DNA of 64,000 bases from assembly GCA_910576955.1 (NCBI GenBank), contig CAJTJB010000004.1, positions 712 through 64,711 of the forward strand, in the 5' to 3' direction. The stretch is from an uncultured Alphaproteobacteria bacterium (GTDB lineage Bacteria > Pseudomonadota > Alphaproteobacteria > RF32 > CAG-239). The first letter of the stretch is position 1; the number at the start of each line of letters is the position of its first letter. The translations under genes were made by a program, and so were the position numbers. Positions 10,547 to 19,666 of this stretch are shown piece after piece. The notes below the pieces were generated by a model. The model had not been told where the DNA came from and did not search any database. It worked only from the letters and a program-made list of their open reading frames with translations.

Positions 10547-10689
10547 TTTCCATTCCTCTTTCATACAAATAACAAGATTTCCCCTCGCCAAACGGGGGAT
10601 TTTCGATTCAAACAAAAGACGTTGATATATCAACTAAATTTAAATATCAAGCATTATTTGCGGCAATTTTTGGGGCGAATGGATGGGGG

Positions 10690-11145
10690 ATAAGGATGGT
10701 ATGTTGTCCCCCTCTCCCTTACCTTTCTTGCTCCGTAAGGGTGCGCTTGTTGCGCGCCCTAACTACGCTTTGGGCAAGCCAGTGCTAGGGTTCTCTTTGT
10801 TGGCGTTTCCGCCAAGTCGTTCACCAAGCACTGCTATAGCTCTCGGTCAAAAGAGCCCACTGGGCTTTTTTGACTCTGCGAGCCCCTCAAGGGGGAGGAG
10901 ATTTAAAGAGCGAGCCCCCCTCAAGGGGGAGGGTGTGTGCCGCAGGGGATTCCCCTTCCCGCGGCGGAAGGGGATAGGGGATGGGGAGGAGATATTTCCT
11001 TGTTGTGGGAGATCCCTTGACGGCTCGCTTTGCGCGCCGAGGGATGACATTTAAAAAGAGGGGACGATGCTACGAGCGGACTTTGTTTGTGCGTTCCTCT
11101 CCCTTGAGGGGAGAGGGTGAAAAGTGAACCTTGCGGGGGATGGGG
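10690..11145. repeat. composite BIME-like repeat cluster: (i) G/C palindromes, (ii) structured ~170-bp element with intrinsic terminator (10703..10875), (iii) CCCCTTCCC-GCGG-GGAAGGGG hairpin, (iv) GGGAGATCCCTTGA..CGAGGGATGAC element
   Basis: Each submodule recurs at 19110-19660, 23400-24060, 37775-38080 and elsewhere; internal ORFs are not conserved at protein level. Confidence 0.8.
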
Positions 11146-11148
11146 TGG

Positions 11149-11922
11149 TTACATTCGCAGTTTGATGTTGCCCCAGCCGGTTTGCGGTTTGGCAGGCGGT
11201 GTTTCCTTTTCCTTATTTTCCTGCTGCCACTTCATTTGCGGCGCAAACTCTTTTTGCTTTTTTTCAAGCTCGTCGGCTTCGTTATCATTTGTGGCAACGC
11301 CGTTGGCAACGGTTTGCTTTAAAAGCGTTGGCGAATTAAACGGCTGTACGGGTTTTGCAAACTGCTTGATAAGGTCGCTGATGACGCCTTGTTTGATGTT
11401 AAACGCTTTGTATTTGCCACTGTAAAAAACCGTGAACGACGGGCAGGGGTCTGAAAGCAAAACGTCGGTAAAATCTACGCCGCGGGCAAATCGCAGCATC
11501 ACGCGCGGTTCAATATGGCATTTCGCCTGCGTGTTAATAATGTTCGGTCCTTGCGTGAACAGCGCTTCATAAGCCGTTACCCTGTTGCTGTTATCCAGTT
11601 CGCCGCAATAGTCGGTGATGGCAAAAGACGACAGCGTGTAGCCGGTGAAATCTTTGGGGCGCTTGGCAACATGATAGCAAAATACCTGCTCGGCATTGCG
11701 GATGTTATATGCCGCGGCCTCGGGGATGGCGGACGTTATTGCCGGAATGATGCTCTTTTGCTGGAGTGCCTTGGGAGCGGGAGCGTCTGTGAGAATGGTA
11801 TCGCCGGGCAATATGTCGGCATAGGCCTCAAACCCCTGCAGCTCGGCGGCGGCGTCTTCATAGGCGGCATAAGCGTTTGGCACTGCGGCTAACATTAACA
11901 ATAACAGGCTTTTTTTAAACAT
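11149..11922 (-). CDS. secreted hypothetical protein
   Basis: AAGGAG RBS 7 nt upstream; classic signal peptide MFKKSLLLLMLAAVPNAYA; no recognisable domain. Confidence 0.6.
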   Translation of the reverse strand: MFKKSLLLLMLAAVPNAYAAYEDAAAELQGFEAYADILPGDTILTDAPAPKALQQKSIIPAITSAIPEAAAYNIRNAEQVFCYHVAKRPKDFTGYTLSSFAITDYCGELDNSNRVTAYEALFTQGPNIINTQAKCHIEPRVMLRFARGVDFTDVLLSDPCPSFTVFYSGKYKAFNIKQGVISDLIKQFAKPVQPFNSPTLLKQTVANGVATNDNEADELEKKQKEFAPQMKWQQENKEKETPPAKPQTGWGNIKLRM

Positions 11923-12100
11923 CGGCTTTCTCCTTAATATTTATTTTAATCATAACAGAGCGATATTAAAAAAGTGTGAAAATCAGAAAAAAATCTGCAT
12001 TTTGCCGGTTTTTTTAAGACTTCATTTAGATATTTGTTGCTAGATTTAAAGAAATATGATTTTGATTCGTTTTTAACTTTAAGGAACAGGAATATTTAAG

Positions 12101-13147
12101 ATGTGGTCTATGTGGTCTTATGCACCGGAAACTATCCCCTTGCGGGCGTTGTATGCATTTTTGCTGGCTTTGGCGCTTTCTTTGCTTTCGGGCGGAAAGC
12201 TGATTTCTTTTTTAAAAGGGCATGAAAAAGGCGGGCAGCCGATACGCACGGACGGACCACAATCGCATCTGAAAGAGAAAAAAGGCACGCCGACAATGGG
12301 CGGACTGCTGATTTTGGCAACGAGCTTGCTCTCGATGCTGCTGTTTGCAAACGTGAAACTGCACTTTGTGTGGATTTCGATGCTGGTGCTCGTGGTTTAC
12401 GGTGCAACAGGATTTGCCGACGATTATGTTAAAGTGAAAAAGCAGACGCCGAATGCAATGACCGCAAAAATGAAACTGTTTATCCAATTTATGGCGGCGG
12501 TGTTGGCGGTGAACGTTATTGCCGCGGCAACGCCGAACTCGGTTGAGAGCCAGCTGTTTATTCCGTATTTTAACTGGTCGTTCCAGCTTTCCTGGGTGTA
12601 TATTCCGTTTGCGGTGATTGTTATCTCGGGGGCGTCTAATGCCGTGAATTTGAGTGACGGTTTAGACGGCTTGGCTGCCGGAATGCTCGTTATTGTCTTT
12701 TCGGTGTTTATGGTGTTTGCGTTTGCAACCGGCTATCCGGTGTTTAACGAAACGGCGTTTCCGTATATTCCGAAAAGCGCGGAGATGGCTGTGGTGTGCG
12801 CGGCGCTGGTGGGCGGCTGTTTGGGCTTTTTGCGGTTTAATATCAAAAAGGCGCAGATTTTTATGGGCGACACCGGTTCGCTCGCTTTGGGCGCTGTTTT
12901 GGGCGTGATTGCCGTTATCTTAAAACACGAGATTATGCTGGCGATTGTCGGCTGCGTGTTTGTGGCGGAAACCGTGTCGGTGATGATTCAGGTGGCGTAT
13001 TTCAAAAAGACCGGCAAACGCTTTTTTAAGATGGCGCCGATTCACCACCATTTTGAGCAACTGGGCTGGAGCGAGGTTAAGGTTGTCTATACGTTTTGGG
13101 CGGTGACGGCGTTGGCTGCGGCTGTCGGATTATTGTCTTTAATTTAG
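12101..13147 (+). CDS. mraY: phospho-N-acetylmuramoyl-pentapeptide transferase
   Basis: Motifs NLSDGLDGLA, MGDTGSLALG, APIHHHFE; full-length alignment to E. coli MraY. Confidence 0.9.
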   Translation: MWSMWSYAPETIPLRALYAFLLALALSLLSGGKLISFLKGHEKGGQPIRTDGPQSHLKEKKGTPTMGGLLILATSLLSMLLFANVKLHFVWISMLVLVVYGATGFADDYVKVKKQTPNAMTAKMKLFIQFMAAVLAVNVIAAATPNSVESQLFIPYFNWSFQLSWVYIPFAVIVISGASNAVNLSDGLDGLAAGMLVIVFSVFMVFAFATGYPVFNETAFPYIPKSAEMAVVCAALVGGCLGFLRFNIKKAQIFMGDTGSLALGAVLGVIAVILKHEIMLAIVGCVFVAETVSVMIQVAYFKKTGKRFFKMAPIHHHFEQLGWSEVKVVYTFWAVTALAAAVGLLSLI

Positions 13148-13157
13148 AGAGGTCGCA

Positions 13158-14291
13158 ATGCTTTCATTTGCCAGACACAGCAAGAGCAAAATTTCCAGTT
13201 GGTGGTGGACGGTTGACAAGCCGAGTTTTGTGCTGGCGCTGTTTTTGATTTTTATCGGCGCAATGCTGGTGCTTTCGGCAAGCCCCTCGGCAGCGCACCG
13301 CGACAGGCTGCCTGATGACTTTGCGTTTATTAAAAAGCAGAGCGTGTTTATTTTGGCTGGGCTGGTTTTGATGGTTGGCATATCGATGCAGAGTTTGCGC
13401 ACCGTGCGGCGGCTGGCCGTGCTGGGCTTTTTGTGCGCGTTTGTCGGTGTGGCGCTGACATACGTTGTGGGTGATGCAACCAAAGGGGCGGCGCGCTGGA
13501 TTAAATTTGCGGGGTTTTCGCTGCAGCCCTCCGAGTTTATCAAACCGGTGTTTATTGTGGTGACGGCGTGGCTGTTGGACGCGCGCAAGCGGACGGAGGA
13601 TTTTCCGGGGATGGCGTTGGCGGTCGGGCTGTTTTTGATTACGGCTTTGTCGGTTTTCGGACAGCCGGATTTGGGGATGACGGTGTTGATTTCGGGGGTG
13701 TGGGCGTTGCAGATGGTGCTTGCGGGGATTCCGCTGTGGCTGATTGCAACGCTGTTTTCCGGCGGCGTGGTGCTGGTGACGTGTTCTTATTTCTTTTTAG
13801 CGCACGTGCGTGACCGTATCGACCGCTTTTTGGCATCTGAAAATGAAATCGGTTCGCAAATTCAGCAGTCGATGAACGCTTTTGCCAATGGCAACCTTTT
13901 GGGGCTCGGTCCGGGCGAGGGCGTGGTGAAAATGCATTTGCCGGATGTGCATACGGATTTTATTTTTTCGCTGGCGGGCGAAGAGGCCGGCGTGTGGCTG
14001 ACCTCAATTATCGTGATTTCGTTTGCGGTGATTGTGGTGCGTTCAATGATTATATCTACTAAAGACAACAATTTGTTTCAGATGTATGCGGCGTGCGGGC
14101 TTGCTGCCTCGCTGGGCGGGCAAGCAATTGTTAATATGTGTTCGGCGCTGCAGCTGATGCCAGCAAAGGGAATGACGCTGCCGTTTATTTCTTACGGCGG
14201 GTCTTCTATGCTTGCAAGCTGTTTGACGATGGGAATGCTTTTGGCGGTGACACGCAAAAACGCCGTGGCGGAAGATAAAGATAACGGATAA
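13158..14291 (+). CDS. ftsW: SEDS-family cell division protein FtsW
   Basis: FtsW/RodA signature ...NMCSALQLMPAKGMTLPFISYGGSSM...; dcw position immediately after mraY. Confidence 0.85.
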   Translation: MLSFARHSKSKISSWWWTVDKPSFVLALFLIFIGAMLVLSASPSAAHRDRLPDDFAFIKKQSVFILAGLVLMVGISMQSLRTVRRLAVLGFLCAFVGVALTYVVGDATKGAARWIKFAGFSLQPSEFIKPVFIVVTAWLLDARKRTEDFPGMALAVGLFLITALSVFGQPDLGMTVLISGVWALQMVLAGIPLWLIATLFSGGVVLVTCSYFFLAHVRDRIDRFLASENEIGSQIQQSMNAFANGNLLGLGPGEGVVKMHLPDVHTDFIFSLAGEEAGVWLTSIIVISFAVIVVRSMIISTKDNNLFQMYAACGLAASLGGQAIVNMCSALQLMPAKGMTLPFISYGGSSMLASCLTMGMLLAVTRKNAVAEDKDNG

Positions 14292-14306
14292 ACGGAGGAG
14301 AGAAAA

Positions 14307-15233
14307 ATGTTCGGAAGTTTTTTTGCACCAAAGAATAAGATTATCAGCCTGCTGCCGGAAGTGCGCGGTGCGTATATCGAAAATGCCAAGCTTTCCAAAC
14401 ACACATGGTTTGGCGTGGGCGGACCGGCGGAAGTGTTGTTTTTGCCCAAAGATGCGGATGATTTGAAAACCTTTTTAATGCGCAAGCCCGCAGCTGTGCC
14501 GGTGACGGTTATCGGCGGCGGTTCAAATCTGCTTATCCGTGACGGCGGAATTCCCGGTGTGGTGATTAAACTGGATGCCAAAGCCTTTCAGCAGATTGAA
14601 ACGAACGGCACGGAAATTACCGTCGGGGCAGGGCTGAAAAACGCCGAGCTTAAAAAAGTGTTTTTAGAGAAAAAAATCGGCGGGCTGGAGTTTATCTGCT
14701 CGGTTCCGGGGCGTATCGGCGGACTTTTGCGCACCAACGCGGGATGTTTCGGCAAGTGCACGTCGGATGTGTTTGTGCGGGCGCATATTATGAATGACTG
14801 GGGTGAAGTGTATGAAGTGGGAGCGGAAGACTTTAACTTTGCCTATCGCTCGAGTATGTTTCCTGAAAACTGGATTGTTTTGGATGCGACATTCAGGGGG
14901 GTAAACGCCTCTGCCGAAGAGATTAAGAAAACACTCGACGAACACATTGCCTATCGCAAAGCGCACCAGCCGATTAACAAAAAAACGGCGGGGTCGACCT
15001 TTAAAAACCCCGAGGGACTGGCTGCGTGGAAGCTGATTAAAGAGGCAGGCTGCACGGGGCTGAAAGTCGGCGGGGCGGAAGTGTCGGATATGCATTGCAA
15101 CTTTCTTATCAACAGCGGGGGAGCTACTGCCGAAGATATTGAAAAGCTGGGCGAACTGATTGTGGAAAAAGTTAAAGAAAAAACCGCAATTACGCTCGAA
15201 TGGGAAGTGCGCCGGATGGGAGTGAAAAAATAA
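14307..15233 (+). CDS. murB: UDP-N-acetylenolpyruvoylglucosamine reductase
   Basis: FAD-binding N-terminus WFGVGGPAEVLF..VIGGGSNLLIRDGG, C-terminal MurB domain. Confidence 0.9.
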   Translation: MFGSFFAPKNKIISLLPEVRGAYIENAKLSKHTWFGVGGPAEVLFLPKDADDLKTFLMRKPAAVPVTVIGGGSNLLIRDGGIPGVVIKLDAKAFQQIETNGTEITVGAGLKNAELKKVFLEKKIGGLEFICSVPGRIGGLLRTNAGCFGKCTSDVFVRAHIMNDWGEVYEVGAEDFNFAYRSSMFPENWIVLDATFRGVNASAEEIKKTLDEHIAYRKAHQPINKKTAGSTFKNPEGLAAWKLIKEAGCTGLKVGGAEVSDMHCNFLINSGGATAEDIEKLGELIVEKVKEKTAITLEWEVRRMGVKK

Positions 15234-15239
15234 AGCATT

Positions 15240-16082
15240 ATGGCAGAACAGGCGGCTAACAAACTGAATTTGCAAGAGGCGGCGGTTTACCCCGAAAAGG
15301 AATGGCTGTATCGCCTTGCCGGTTTTGTCGGTGCGGCAGTGCTGGTGTTGTCTTTATGCCTAACGGCAATTACCATCCGCGACAACGTGCTTGCCACGCA
15401 GTTTAACAATATGATGCAGGCGGTGTATAAGCTTTCGGCGCGCTACGGGATGTATGTGGAAGATATTATCGTGGAGGGCAACAAGCGCACGTCTTATGAA
15501 GATTTGGTGCAGGCGCTGAACTTATCTGAAAACGAGAGTATTTTGGGGATTGACATCGCCAAGCTGCAGAGCCGGATTGAACAGTTGACCTGGGTGCGGC
15601 ATTGTGTGGTGAAAAGGAGCTTTTTCCCGAACAATATTTTAGTCAGCATTGAAGAACGCAAGGTTAAGGCAATTTGGCAATATGAGGGGCGGTTTTATCC
15701 GGTGGATGCCGAGGGCAATGTGATTGAAGTGGAAGAATATGAACCCGACGCGCCGGTTATCGTTTTGGCGGGCGAGGGCGCGCCGCACCATCTGGCGGAG
15801 CTTTTGGCAGTGTTGGATACGGATGCGGAATTGGCAAATAAGGTGCGCGCGGCGGTGTTTGTTTCAAACCGGCGCTGGGATTTGAGCCTCGGCAATGCGC
15901 AAAACCGCGTGCTTATCAAACTGCCGGAAAAGAATTTTGACAAAGCCTATCAAAAAATCGCATTATTAAATAAAAGACAAGGAATTTTTAAGCGTAAATT
16001 AACTTCCTTTGATTTAAGGTACAATAACAGAATTGTGGTAGACATCGATAAGTCTGTTGAAGAGTTAATATTGAAAAGATAA
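15240..16082 (+). CDS. ftsQ: cell division protein FtsQ (POTRA domain)
   Basis: Single N-terminal TM, POTRA-like region, position between murB and ftsA. Confidence 0.8.
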   Translation: MAEQAANKLNLQEAAVYPEKEWLYRLAGFVGAAVLVLSLCLTAITIRDNVLATQFNNMMQAVYKLSARYGMYVEDIIVEGNKRTSYEDLVQALNLSENESILGIDIAKLQSRIEQLTWVRHCVVKRSFFPNNILVSIEERKVKAIWQYEGRFYPVDAEGNVIEVEEYEPDAPVIVLAGEGAPHHLAELLAVLDTDAELANKVRAAVFVSNRRWDLSLGNAQNRVLIKLPEKNFDKAYQKIALLNKRQGIFKRKLTSFDLRYNNRIVVDIDKSVEELILKR

Positions 16083-16096
16083 GAAAAGAGGTTTAG

Positions 16097-17350
16097 ATGA
16101 GCCATTCTTTTAGCAGGTCGCCGTTTGTGGCGGCGTTGGATATCGGAACGTCAAAGGTCTGTTGCATTATTGCCAAGGTGACGCGGGATAAGAGAATTTC
16201 GATATTGGGCTATGGCTATAACGCGGCAAAAGGAATTAAAAACGGCGTGGTTGTGGATGTTAACCAAGCAACAATTGCCGTGTGCAATGCTGTGGAGGCG
16301 GCAGAGCAAATGGCAAACGTGCGGATTACAAACGTGATTGTCAATGTTTCGGGCGACCGCAGCCGCAGCGTGGTCAGAAGCTCCGCCATATCTATCCATA
16401 AAAACCGTCCGGTTACGGATGAAGACGTTAAAAAAGTGACCGACAAGGGCTTGATGAAAGTTAATGTGGAGGGCAATGAGCCGATTCACTTCTTGACGAT
16501 GGGCTATCACGTTGATAATGGCGAAGAGGTTAAAAACCCGATTAATATTTACGGCGATAATTTAAGTGTGGATATTTTGCTCGGGCTTTATCCGCGTCCG
16601 ATGTATAAAAACCTCGCAACGGTGGTCGAAAGTTCGCATCTGGAAGTGGAATTAAAAGCGTTTTCGGCATATGCCTCTGGGCTTGCCTGTCTGGTGGAAG
16701 ACGAAAAAGAGCTCGGCGCAACGATTATTGATATCGGCGGCGGCACAACCAGTATCGCAAGCTTTAAAAACGGGCATCCGGTGTATTTCTCTTCCATTCC
16801 GGTTGGCGGTATTAACGTGACGAACGATATTGCCTTGGGGCTTACAACCTCGTTTAACTATGCCGAAGAGGTTAAAAACCGCCACGGCTGCGCGTTTCTT
16901 ATTAGCCAAGACGAGCAGGAAATTATCAATGTTTATCCGGTCGGCGAAGAAGACGACAGCAATATTAAGCAGATTTACCGCTCGGATTTGATTAACATCA
17001 TCTCGCCGCGCATCGAAGAGCTGTTTGAACTTGCCGGACGCAAGCTTGACGAGGCGGGCTATAAAAACACCGTGTCGCACCGCGTGGTTTTGACTGGCGG
17101 AGCGGCGCAACTGCCGGGAATGCGCGAAGTGGCAAGTATGGTTTTGGACAAGCAGGTGCGAATCGGGCGTCCGCGCAATATCGAGAATATTCCGCCGGTT
17201 TTGCATAATCCGACATTTTCTACCGCGCTCGGGCTGTTGTTGTTTGCGGTAAACAATTCGGAAAAGAAAATTGTCAAAAAAGTGAATGTCAGCGCTGGTT
17301 CGGGCGGAATTTTCGCAAAAATTCTCGAATTGTTTAAAAAAACCTGCTAA
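16097..17350 (+). CDS. ftsA: cell division protein FtsA
   Basis: Actin-like ATPase; VAALDIGTSKV N-terminus, DIGGGTT motif. Confidence 0.9.
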   Translation: MSHSFSRSPFVAALDIGTSKVCCIIAKVTRDKRISILGYGYNAAKGIKNGVVVDVNQATIAVCNAVEAAEQMANVRITNVIVNVSGDRSRSVVRSSAISIHKNRPVTDEDVKKVTDKGLMKVNVEGNEPIHFLTMGYHVDNGEEVKNPINIYGDNLSVDILLGLYPRPMYKNLATVVESSHLEVELKAFSAYASGLACLVEDEKELGATIIDIGGGTTSIASFKNGHPVYFSSIPVGGINVTNDIALGLTTSFNYAEEVKNRHGCAFLISQDEQEIINVYPVGEEDDSNIKQIYRSDLINIISPRIEELFELAGRKLDEAGYKNTVSHRVVLTGGAAQLPGMREVASMVLDKQVRIGRPRNIENIPPVLHNPTFSTALGLLLFAVNNSEKKIVKKVNVSAGSGGIFAKILELFKKTC

Positions 17351-17377
17351 TCGGTAACGAAAACTTAATCTATTATG

Positions 17378-17417
17378 AGCTAAACTCCCCTTAAAATCGG
17401 AATTTAGCTTTTTTTTA
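17378..17417 (+). terminator. possible hairpin/attenuator between ftsA and ftsZ (AGCTAAA..TTTAGCT + T-run)
   Basis: 7-bp stem with large loop followed by T9; partial terminators between ftsA and ftsZ are common. Confidence 0.35.
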
Positions 17418-17435
17418 TTTTTACGGAGAAAAAAT

Positions 17436-19049
17436 ATGGCAATTAAACTGGCGGTCGGCGATACGAGTTTAGCACAATTAAAACCAAGAATTACAGTTAT
17501 CGGCGTCGGCGGCGGCGGCGGCAACGCCATTACCAATATGATGTCCAAAAACCTTGAGGGCGTCGACTTTGTGGTGGCAAATACGGATGCGCAGGCTCTG
17601 GCGCTTAATCCGGCTACCCGCAAAATCCAACTCGGGCTCGAAATCACGCAGGGGTTGGGCGCAGGCGCAAGACCGGAAATCGGAAAGCTTGCCGCAGAAG
17701 AGGCGCGCGAAGACATCGAACGCGAACTTGCAGATTCCAATATGGTGTTTATTACCGCCGGTATGGGCGGCGGCACAGGGTCTGGCGCGGCGCCGGTGGT
17801 GGCAAAAATTGCTAAAGAAAAAGGTATCCTCACGGTCGGCGTGGTCACCAAACCGTTTGCGTTTGAGGGCAAAAAGAGAATGGAAAACGCCGAATCCGCT
17901 TTGGAGAATTTTATTAAAGAAGTCGACAGCATTATTGTTATCCCGAATCAAAATCTGTTTCGCATTGCCGATAAAAACACAACCCTGAAAGACGCGTTTG
18001 TGAAAGCGGACGAAGTGCTTTATGACGGCGTGCGCTCCATTACCGACCTGATGATTATGCCGGGGCTGATTAACCTTGACTTTGCCGATGTTAAGAAGAT
18101 TATGGCAGACAAAGGCAAAGCCATTATGGGCACAGGCGAGGCCGAGGGCGAAGACCGTGCGCGCGTGGCTGCCGAGCAGGCGCTTTCTAACCCGATTTTG
18201 GACGATTGCTCGATGAAAGGCGCAAAAGGTGTGTTGATTAACATCACCGGCGGGGCAGACATTACGTTGATGGAAATTGATGAGGCGGTCAATATTATTA
18301 AAGAAGAAGTGGACGAAAATGCCGAGTTGATTTTCGGCTCCAGCTATGACGACACGTTATCGGGGCGTATCCGCGTTTCTATCGTGGTGACGGGAATTGA
18401 TGACGAGGCGGTGCTGACTACCGAAAAGAAAGAAATGAACGCTTATGTTGACCTTAATCCGGCGGAAGAGCCCGCAGCCGAAGAGGCAGTTGCCGACGAC
18501 GAGCCGATTTTGGAAACAGCGGCGGAAGAACCGGCAGAACCGAGCAACGTGATTGAGCTTAACCTGCCGAAACGTGCAGACGCGCCGCAGCAGGGCGAAT
18601 TTGCCGAGCTTGCCGAAGAGAGCGATGAGCCGCATTCTTCCTCGGCGCTGTTTAATGCGATTATCAATAAGCCGGTGATTGCCAACGCCGAAGAAAGCGA
18701 AGAGGAAAAAAGCGAGTTTGCGGCGATTAAACTCGACAAGCCGTTTGTGCCGTCTTCTAAAGTGAAGATTATTGAAGAAGAGCCGCAGCTGTTTCCGGAG
18801 CAGGGCGAGGCAGAACTACCGCGCGAGCGTCAAGCCCGCGAAGAGGCTCAAGCGATGATTGAACCCGAACCGGAAGAGCCGGCACGCCAACGCTTTATTG
18901 ACAAGATTTTGGGTATTTCCCGCGCCAAGGCGAAAAAGCCCGTGAAACCGGTTATTGTGCCGAAGTTTGACGAGATTGAAGATTTTGCCGAAAAGGAAAA
19001 TGACAACGAGGACGATTTGGAAATCCCGTCTTTCCTGCGCAGAAGATAG
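17436..19049 (+). CDS. ftsZ: cell division GTPase FtsZ (long C-terminal linker form)
   Basis: GVGGGGGNA tubulin signature, T7 loop, 150-aa acidic/Pro-rich linker, C-terminal [12 protein letters not shown] peptide. Confidence 0.95.
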   Translation: MAIKLAVGDTSLAQLKPRITVIGVGGGGGNAITNMMSKNLEGVDFVVANTDAQALALNPATRKIQLGLEITQGLGAGARPEIGKLAAEEAREDIERELADSNMVFITAGMGGGTGSGAAPVVAKIAKEKGILTVGVVTKPFAFEGKKRMENAESALENFIKEVDSIIVIPNQNLFRIADKNTTLKDAFVKADEVLYDGVRSITDLMIMPGLINLDFADVKKIMADKGKAIMGTGEAEGEDRARVAAEQALSNPILDDCSMKGAKGVLINITGGADITLMEIDEAVNIIKEEVDENAELIFGSSYDDTLSGRIRVSIVVTGIDDEAVLTTEKKEMNAYVDLNPAEEPAAEEAVADDEPILETAAEEPAEPSNVIELNLPKRADAPQQGEFAELAEESDEPHSSSALFNAIINKPVIANAEESEEEKSEFAAIKLDKPFVPSSKVKIIEEEPQLFPEQGEAELPRERQAREEAQAMIEPEPEEPARQRFIDKILGISRAKAKKPVKPVIVPKFDEIEDFAEKENDNEDDLEIPSFLRRR

Positions 19050-19109
19050 ATTTCGGAATTTGTTATTGCAGCGCCGGTATTGATTGCCGGCACTGTTTTG
19101 CTGAATAAG

Positions 19110-19660
19110 GATAAGATGTTGTCACCCTCACCCATCCTCTCCCCTCAAGGGAGAGGAGTTTTTTGGAGCGGATAGTATGCCGCAAGGGATTCCCCTTCCC
19201 GCGGAGGAAGGGGATAGGGGATGGGGAGGATATGGATGCTCTTGCCGCGGGAGATCCCTTGAGTGGCAGCGCCAGTGCCAGCGGCACAGGCATAACTTTG
19301 GCTGCGGTGTGATGAGAGGATGTACCGCTACGCGCGGGCTTTGTTTGTGCGTTCCTCTCCCTTGAGGGGGCTCGCAGGACACAAAAAGCCCTGTGGGCTC
19401 TTTTGACCGAGAGCTATAGCAGTGCTTGGAGTGCGACTTGGCGGTAACGCCAACCAAGCAATCCTTTGCACTGGCTTGACCGAACGGAGTGAGAAGGACA
19501 GGAGAGGGTGTAGAAGTGAGGCTTTTATATATCACCCCCACCCATCCTCCCCCCTCGAGGGGGAGGAGATTTAAAGAGCGAGCCCCGCGCTGGGGGGGGG
19601 AGGTGTATGCTACAAGGGATTCCCCTTCCCGCGGAGGAAGGGGATAGGGGATGGGGAGGA
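19110..19660. repeat. composite BIME-like repeat cluster, contains reverse-orientation copy of the structured terminator element (about 19375..19530)
   Basis: Same submodules as 10690-11145; 19350-19550 is near-identical to 23715-23915. Confidence 0.8.
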
Positions 19661-19666
19661 AAGCTG

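Noticed and set aside
10683-11054. ORFs predicted inside repeat clusters (10683..11054, 19128..19541, 23415..23942, 37780..38136, 55385..55867, 48142..48600)
   Set aside because: They exist only because the DNA repeat is conserved; copy-to-copy differences are mostly non-synonymous, sequences are low-complexity (Pro/Gly/Ser), no RBS; treated as non-coding repeat DNA.
8660-11145. Dense short palindromic repeats could be a CRISPR array
   Set aside because: Units are nested palindromes of several different families with irregular spacing and no constant-length unique spacers; no cas genes in window; repeats are dispersed genome-style (BIME/REP-like), not arrayed.
16652-17932. 426-aa minus-strand ORF antisense to ftsA/ftsZ, and other long antisense ORFs (129..701 in lon, 22319..23119, 35942..36733, 60547..61152)
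   Set aside because: Each lies entirely within a strongly supported gene on the opposite strand; Arg/His/Pro-rich antisense composition typical of spurious ORFs in GC-rich coding DNA.
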